NCBI GenBank assembly: GCA_038851075.1
Contig: JAWCLG010000014.1
Coordinates: forward strand, 1 to 21,932
Source of the DNA: Candidatus Hadarchaeales archaeon
Lineage (GTDB): Archaea; Hadarchaeota; Hadarchaeia; Hadarchaeales; Hadarchaeaceae
Reading direction: 5' to 3'
DNA length: 21,932 nucleotides
Below the pieces are notes generated by a model. It was not told the DNA's origin. It searched no databases and saw only the letters and a list, made by a program, of their open reading frames with translations. The translations under genes were made by a program, and so were the position numbers. This document shows, one piece after another, positions 16,673 through 21,932 of this stretch (position 1 is the first letter of the stretch; every line of letters starts with the position of its first letter).

Positions 16673-18400
16673 TTAAAAGGATGGGCGGCCCAAGGATTTT
16701 TGAAATACTATCTGGCTCGTGGGATCGTATACCAACTTTATTTCATCGCCCTCATTCAGTCCCAGAGCTCCTGTGATTGTTAGAGGGTCGCCTGCCGCCC
16801 AAGGTCCAGTGCCAACAGATTCAAGCACGGTAATTCCATTTTTTAATAATCTGAGACCAGATTTTTCAAGGGTGTCGCCTTCGTGGAGAAAAGTTATGGT
16901 ATCAGTGCTTATGAAGTTCGCAGCCGATGATACATGATAACCCAGGTTCGCCCCTGAGCGATTTGTTTCGTAAAAAAAGTCTGGTTGGTTGTCCATATTT
17001 GAGCCCCCGAGAAATATGAACACCTTACCGGTGTTGTCATACATTCCGTCCCAACTCCTCGCTCCAACTATCAGATCCGAGTAGCCATCACCGTTGACAT
17101 CCCCTGCTGACTTCAAAGACCCTCCGAAGTCAGTGTCCGATTTGTTTGATTCGTATGTCCAGTCCGGAATATTATCCATGGTTGGTCCTCCCCAGAATAT
17201 CCACGCCTTCCCCTCCGACCATTCTGAACTATACCATGCATAAGTTCCGACTGCAATGTCGGGGTATCTGTCCCCGTTAAAATCATTGCCTGTGGCAACG
17301 CACCATCCGAAGTGGCCGTTTACTAAGTCAGATACAAAGGTCAAATCAGGATATTTTTCTTGAGGGAGGCTGCTGCTCCCATAGAACACATATACTCTTC
17401 CGAGATTTTCATTATTCCAGCCCCAGCTTTGCGCTCCAACCACTATGTCGTCAAATCCATCTCCATTTAGATCAATCGTATCAATAGAAAATCCAAGCAT
17501 TGGATAGTTCGAGTTTACCCCCGATTCATAGTTATCTGTGCTAAGTCTAAGAACACAGTCGCGAGCGTTATTCATGGAATCCCCTCCGTAGTATATTGTT
17601 ACTATTCCGCGATACCACCACCAGTCCGGCTGACCGACTATAACGTCTGAGTATCCATCTCCGTTCACATCACCAGAAGCCACCGAAAATCCCAGTTCAT
17701 ACGGTCCATTGTAACTCGAATGCCAGTACCACTGAACATCGATTGTAACGTCAGGTTGTGCATCCATGGGATTTCCGCCGTAGTAGACGTATGCTCTTCC
17801 TTGGAGATTGGAAGAAGGATAAGGTTTGTAACAAGGTTGTCCGACTATAACGTCTGAGTATCCATCTCCGTTCACATCACCAGAAGCCACCGAATAACCA
17901 AAGTATGAGTTTGATCGAAGCACGTAGGATAGAGTGAGATCCGGTTGGTTATCCGGGTTAGGTCCTCCATAGAATATCCATACGTTTCCGGTATCAGTGT
18001 ATCCACCACTATCCCAACTCCTCGCTCCAACTATCAGATCCGAGTAGCCATCACCGTTGACATCACCAGTTGTGATGGAGACGCCTGTGTCACTGCTTGG
18101 TTGTCCGCACTCATATGTCCAGTCCGGGTTATTGTCTATTTCCCCACTACCACCTTTAAATAAGAAAACTTTTCCGGCCCAGTTGTTCCATCCAGGAGCT
18201 CCAGCCACTACTCCATCGTTTGATCTTGACCAGCCAGTTATTCTTATATCAACCAACACAAAAGATTTGTTGATATTAAATGAGTTCAGCAAAAGCAATA
18301 TGATCATTACACCGATGATTGCTAAGGCAATTAGAAAAATTGTTGCGACCACGGTAGAAACGCCCTTTTCTGAAAACAATTTTATATCACCATTTTTCAC
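16673..18400 (-). CDS. Type IV pilin-like protein with inserted FG-GAP (integrin-alpha-like) 7-bladed beta-propeller
   Basis: EKG/VSTVVATIFLIALAIIGV class III signal; six Dx(N)GDxxxD loops; seven GAP-type strands; C-terminal ITFLHEGDTL...WAAGDPLTI...IKLVYDPTSQIVF resembles archaeal pilins. GTG 18400 is preferred because the ORF-track start 18463 overlaps the upstream gene. Confidence 0.85.
   Translation of the reverse strand: MKNGDIKLFSEKGVSTVVATIFLIALAIIGVMIILLLLNSFNINKSFVLVDIRITGWSRSNDGVVAGAPGWNNWAGKVFLFKGGSGEIDNNPDWTYECGQPSSDTGVSITTGDVNGDGYSDLIVGARSWDSGGYTDTGNVWIFYGGPNPDNQPDLTLSYVLRSNSYFGYSVASGDVNGDGYSDVIVGQPCYKPYPSSNLQGRAYVYYGGNPMDAQPDVTIDVQWYWHSSYNGPYELGFSVASGDVNGDGYSDVIVGQPDWWWYRGIVTIYYGGDSMNNARDCVLRLSTDNYESGVNSNYPMLGFSIDTIDLNGDGFDDIVVGAQSWGWNNENLGRVYVFYGSSSLPQEKYPDLTFVSDLVNGHFGWCVATGNDFNGDRYPDIAVGTYAWYSSEWSEGKAWIFWGGPTMDNIPDWTYESNKSDTDFGGSLKSAGDVNGDGYSDLIVGARSWDGMYDNTGKVFIFLGGSNMDNQPDFFYETNRSGANLGYHVSSAANFISTDTITFLHEGDTLEKSGLRLLKNGITVLESVGTGPWAAGDPLTITGALGLNEGDEIKLVYDPTSQIVFQKSLGRPSF
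17049..18064. repeat. Two pairs of identical dispersed direct repeats within the FG-GAP gene
   Basis: 53 bp at 17049-17101 equals 18012-18064 (DVNGDGYSDLIVGARSWD). 54 bp at 17634-17687 equals 17841-17894 (SVASGDVNGDGYSDVIVG). Confidence 0.93.
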
Positions 18401-18414
18401 TTGAGTTTTTTGCT

Positions 18415-18990
18415 TTAAATATTTCTGCTTTTGAGCATTTTCGTTCCAATCGTTAATCCCCACACTGATGCAAACGCTGCAGATATGGTCTCAGGTATTG
18501 CCACACCTCTCCAGCTGAAAGCCCATGGGAGAGCTGCCAGCACGGCTATTGAAATGGAGAATGCACCAAGCCCTCCCGATCCTCTGAGAATCATTGCCGG
18601 GCCGAGGATGAGAAGCGATATCGGGAAAAGGGAGAAGAACGCCACAGAAACGTAGAAGTGTATTGCCCCTGCATCCTCGCTGAATATTCCTATGCAGGCC
18701 AGTGCTGCTCCTGCTGCTGTGAGAGCCAGCGATCCGGCCTTTCCAAGCTTGCTTTTGCTAAGTTCTCTCAGCACGCCAAGCCCGAATATAACTGTCATGG
18801 CGCCTGAAATCAGAATTCCGGTGTTGAATATGACAGCCGCGCCGCTCCTGGAGTAGTTTCCCAGATCACTCAGGGCATTTGAGTTCCAGCTGAACCACGG
18901 AGACAGAGCGATGGAGGTAAGTATGGCGGTGAACGCAACAGCCGGTATGGCTATACCACACACGCCTCCCGCTTTCCTTAGATCTGGCAT
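18415..18990 (-). CDS. DUF998-family membrane protein
   Basis: SPWFSWNSNALSDLG, IFNTGILISG, IGIFSED...HFYVSVAFF, AIPE; about 6 TM helices. Confidence 0.85.
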   Translation of the reverse strand: MPDLRKAGGVCGIAIPAVAFTAILTSIALSPWFSWNSNALSDLGNYSRSGAAVIFNTGILISGAMTVIFGLGVLRELSKSKLGKAGSLALTAAGAALACIGIFSEDAGAIHFYVSVAFFSLFPISLLILGPAMILRGSGGLGAFSISIAVLAALPWAFSWRGVAIPETISAAFASVWGLTIGTKMLKSRNI

Positions 18991-19004
18991 CCAAACCGCC
19001 GAGC

Positions 19005-19373
19005 TTAGCCCTCTTCCTGCCCTGAGGCTTCAGATTCAGTTTTTTCTTCGGAGTTTGATTCACCAGATGCTGCTTCTTCTTTCTTCTCCTCAGCCTGTGG
19101 TTCAGATTTTGGTTCTTCTGCAGTTGTTTCTTGGGGAGCTTCGCCGGGTTCCTCCTTTTTAGCGCTCTCCGGAAAGAGCTCGAGGTACAGCCGTTTAAGC
19201 TCCTCCTCCTTCTCCTTCTGGGCTTTTGCAGATGGCTTTGGCAGGTTGAGCTTCACTCCGGCCTGCGCAAGCTCGCGCTTGTACCTGGCAAGCTTGGCGC
19301 TCTTCATCTGCTGTCTGGCCTTCACAGCGGCCTTCCCTGTCTTTCTAGTCAGACCAATCCCTCTTTCTCTCAA
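19005..19373 (-). CDS. Hypothetical protein, basic N-terminus and acidic disordered C-terminus
   Basis: K/R-rich helical first half and E/S-rich tail; fits the gene spacing. Start uncertain (TTG 19373). Confidence 0.72.
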   Translation of the reverse strand: MRERGIGLTRKTGKAAVKARQQMKSAKLARYKRELAQAGVKLNLPKPSAKAQKEKEEELKRLYLELFPESAKKEEPGEAPQETTAEEPKSEPQAEEKKEEAASGESNSEEKTESEASGQEEG

Positions 19374-19460
19374 TATTCCTGCCGATTTATATCATTAGGG
19401 GAACCCTCCGTTTGTCATTTTTTGACAATGTTGACGAGCATTTTATTTCGGTTTTCACGT

Positions 19461-19904
19461 TCAACCGTGCCGGCCCTTCCACTGCAGCGGGCATCGCCCC
19501 TGCCTACTTTTTCTTCTTTCTCCCTGCCGGCCGCCACGGGACTTCCCGTTTTTTCGGCGACTCTCGATAAGGAATGCTGCTGGAGGTACCATCAAAACCG
19601 AGATTATCCCTGGCAACACGAACAGGGGACACATAGTAATCAGGAGCCCGGCGGCGCTGATGAGCCAGCATACCCATGAGAGCAGGGCGCAGAGCGCAAG
19701 AGGGCGCTTGAAGAAAGGTTCTGACTTCATTTCTTGAGCTTTTATAAGGTGGGCGGGCACTCCCTCAAAAACCAGAGGACCAGTATAGCCACAGTCCTTA
19801 CAGGCATACCAGTTTGCAGCATGATCTCCAACGTATGTGCTCGCTCCCCCCATGATGGCATAGCCGATCCTGTTGGAGCCACAGCGCGGGCACGTCTTCG
19901 TCAT
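19461..19904 (-). CDS. Zinc-ribbon membrane protein
   Basis: CPRCGS...YACKDCGYTG followed by two TM helices and a basic tail; GGTGA upstream. Confidence 0.75.
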   Translation of the reverse strand: MTKTCPRCGSNRIGYAIMGGASTYVGDHAANWYACKDCGYTGPLVFEGVPAHLIKAQEMKSEPFFKRPLALCALLSWVCWLISAAGLLITMCPLFVLPGIISVLMVPPAAFLIESRRKNGKSRGGRQGERRKSRQGRCPLQWKGRHG

Positions 19905-19914
19905 CGCTTTTCAC

Positions 19915-20256
19915 TCACCTCATCAAGTAATGCGCGTAGTTGATCAGAGAGTAAGAAAAGAGCAGACCAAAACCGAGCACGATGCCCGCACCAACGATCA
20001 TGCCGGATCGCATCTGAGGGCTGATTTTCTCTCCGAATATTGCTCCCGAGATAAGCGAGATTGAAATCAGCGCGAGTCCGGATTCAACAAGGATCATCCC
20101 AATAACAACTGTTAACAACGCAAACCACTCCCTCATGATCGGGCCAAATATCGCGAACACGCCAGCACCGGCAAAGAGCATAATAATTCCGGCAACTGTA
20201 AACGCACCGCACCTTTCGGCTATTTTGATGCATAAGATCTCCAGCTCATCTATCAA
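19915..20256 (-). CDS. Hypothetical three-TM membrane protein
   Basis: Three hydrophobic segments; GGTGA RBS before a TTG start; co-oriented with short spacers. Confidence 0.72.
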   Translation of the reverse strand: MIDELEILCIKIAERCGAFTVAGIIMLFAGAGVFAIFGPIMREWFALLTVVIGMILVESGLALISISLISGAIFGEKISPQMRSGMIVGAGIVLGFGLLFSYSLINYAHYLMR

Positions 20257-20273
20257 CTTTATTCACCCTCGCT

Positions 20274-21548
20274 TCACCTTGGCCTTGAACGCGCCCTTGA
20301 AAACCACACCATGATGCTGGCGATTACAAGGGCGACCATGAGCACTGGGATCAAGATTGTATGCTCGGATCCGGTTCCCCCGGTTTGAGAGGGCTGCACA
20401 GCTGGCGAACCTATGGCGTAGAGTCTGCCGTCCCAAGCGCCAACGTAGATGGTGCCGTTTGCGCCTATTGCGGGGGATGAATCCACCCTGTAACCAATGT
20501 TATAAATCCATTTTACTTCCCCATTTTCGTTCAGTGCGTACAGGGCATTGACTCCCCAATCTGAATAATGACCATGGACTCCAAAGTAAATTGTCCCATC
20601 TGCTCCTAATGTTGGCGAAGAGTCGATGTGGTCACCACGGACAATATATCTCCATTTTTCGGAGCCATCTGGACGCAGAGCGTAAAGAACGTCCCTGCTT
20701 CCGATGTAAATGGCACCATCCGCTCCAATTGCCGGGGAAGATAGGATGCAACTTCCGGTGGGATAAAACCATCTCATTTCTCCGTCTGGGGAGATAGCAT
20801 ACAGGTTCTCATCATCAGAACCGAAGTAAATCGTGCCGTCAGGACCTATTGATGGAGAGGAGAAAATTGGCCCATTCACGGCATAAAACCACTTGAGCGT
20901 GCCGTCCGGGTTCAAAGCGTATAGTCTGTTGTCATTTGAACCAAAATAAATAGTCCCATCCGGTGCGATGGCTGGTGAAGAACCAATCGGAGCCCCCGTC
21001 GTATAAAACCACTTGACCGTAGCTTTCACGCCGTTATCATAAATTGCATAAAGCTTGTTGTCCCCAGAACCGAAGTAAATAGTTCCATCAGGAACCACAG
21101 CAGGGGATGAAATAATGTCTGCTCTAGCAGTATAAACCCACTTTAATGTTCCGTTTGGGTTAAGAGCATAGAGGTTATCGTCCCAAGAGCCGAAGTAGAC
21201 CGTGCCGTCTGAGCCAACTGCTGGAGATGAAACAATCGCCCCTCTGGCTTCGAATGCCCACTTAAGTGAGCCGTTATCATAGAGAGCATAGAGCTTGTTG
21301 TCATAAGAGCCAAAGTATATAGTGCCATCTGAGGCTATTGCTGGAGAAGAATAGTAAATCGCGCCGCCAGTTTGGTAGCACCACTGCAGCACGTTGTCCT
21401 GAGCACCGACGTAAGGACTTCTCCCCGTGTTCTGCAGATCATGCCTGAACTTCGGCCATGGCGAATTCATGAGCTCAGCGCCCACAGTGGAAACAAACAC
21501 CAACGCGATAAATTCAAACATTCCAAACAGAAGCATATCTCTTCTCAT
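20274..21548 (-). CDS. Secreted 8-bladed PQQ-like/BamB-type beta-propeller with C-terminal membrane anchor
   Basis: Signal peptide, SPWPKFRHDLQNTG, eight SSP(A)IxxDGTIY(F)GxxDxxLYA repeats, linker, TM helix and RARSRPR tail; GGAG RBS. Confidence 0.9.
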   Translation of the reverse strand: MRRDMLLFGMFEFIALVFVSTVGAELMNSPWPKFRHDLQNTGRSPYVGAQDNVLQWCYQTGGAIYYSSPAIASDGTIYFGSYDNKLYALYDNGSLKWAFEARGAIVSSPAVGSDGTVYFGSWDDNLYALNPNGTLKWVYTARADIISSPAVVPDGTIYFGSGDNKLYAIYDNGVKATVKWFYTTGAPIGSSPAIAPDGTIYFGSNDNRLYALNPDGTLKWFYAVNGPIFSSPSIGPDGTIYFGSDDENLYAISPDGEMRWFYPTGSCILSSPAIGADGAIYIGSRDVLYALRPDGSEKWRYIVRGDHIDSSPTLGADGTIYFGVHGHYSDWGVNALYALNENGEVKWIYNIGYRVDSSPAIGANGTIYVGAWDGRLYAIGSPAVQPSQTGGTGSEHTILIPVLMVALVIASIMVWFSRARSRPR

Positions 21549-21557
21549 TTTCTCCTC

Positions 21558-21932
21558 CTAAGAACCGAATTGGTGCTCAATGCCGTTCGAATCATACATA
21601 TAAACTGTGGTGGTGAGTGTGGTATTGTCAAGTGAAATGTCTTGAATTACGATGGGAAAGATACCAAGACCACTGCCCTTTATTGGATTACACCTTCTCC
21701 AGGTGTTATTCAGATAGACTTCTGCTTCCTCGTAGTATCTAGTTTTTTTGGTCGGGGTCGTAGAGATATCTTCTGACCAAGGTTGAGTTGTTTCCTCCTC
21801 AACCACGTGCACCCTCCTCGCAGGTATCCCCAGCGAATTGCACAGGCTGACGTACAGGTTTGCAAAGTCGCTGGCGTCGCCTCTCGCCTTCCATATTATC
21901 CCACCGTCGCTTCTCCAGTGGCATTGAGAGCT
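21558..21932 (-). CDS. Transglutaminase-like domain protein, C-terminal part (runs off window), catalytic residues degenerate
   Basis: The frame is open to the window edge. Manual translation gives SSQCHWRSDGGIIWKARGDASDFANLYVSLCNSLGIPARRVHV...YYEEAEVYLNNTWRRCNP. Confidence 0.8.
   Translation of the reverse strand, partial: SSQCHWRSDGGIIWKARGDASDFANLYVSLCNSLGIPARRVHVVEEETTQPWSEDISTTPTKKTRYYEEAEVYLNNTWRRCNPIKGSGLGIFPIVIQDISLDNTTLTTTVYMYDSNGIEHQFGS

Noticed and set aside
14696-18064. Direct repeats as a CRISPR array or DGR template/variable repeat pair
   Set aside because: Only two copies each, in frame within genes, with no spacers, cas genes or reverse transcriptase and no series of adenine-specific mismatches.
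18401-18463. N-terminal extension of the FG-GAP pilin overlapping the DUF998 gene
   Set aside because: GTG 18400 removes the overlap and gives a typical short class III leader.
19325-19352. Histone H3 tail-like motif TRKTGKAA
   Set aside because: Short low-complexity resemblance with no histone fold.
20274-21548. PQQ-dependent dehydrogenase or true BamB
   Set aside because: Regular short blades with no catalytic insertions and a C-terminal TM anchor indicate a generic surface propeller.

Overview
Archaeal chromosomal window, gene-dense. The archaeal call rests on TATA-box promoters, GGTGA/GGAGG RBSs and archaeal-type enzymes; the lineage cannot be fixed from sequence alone. Core metabolism: (i) a pterin/folate set made of a dihydropteroate synthase overlapping a CofE-like glutamate ligase, an MptE pyrophosphokinase and a split two-gene MetE; (ii) most of the archaeal modified mevalonate pathway (mevalonate kinase, UbiD-type anhydromevalonate-phosphate decarboxylase, both phosphomevalonate dehydratase/AcnX subunits); (iii) tRNA-Val(CAC) and a TauE permease. 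Interleaved with these are many secreted or membrane-anchored proteins: an Asp-box propeller, a pseudomurein-binding-repeat-like + transglutaminase-fold protein, a PKD-CBM-GH30 hydrolase, an 8-bladed PQQ-like propeller, a catalytically degenerate transglutaminase-like fragment and two pilin-like proteins. The most striking item is an apparent archaeal type IV pilin with a complete 7-bladed integrin-alpha-like (FG-GAP) beta-propeller inserted inside its pilin domain. It lies in a low-GC block convergent with the GH30 gene. No CRISPR array, integrase or transposase was seen. All family calls come from motif recognition by eye, not database searches.
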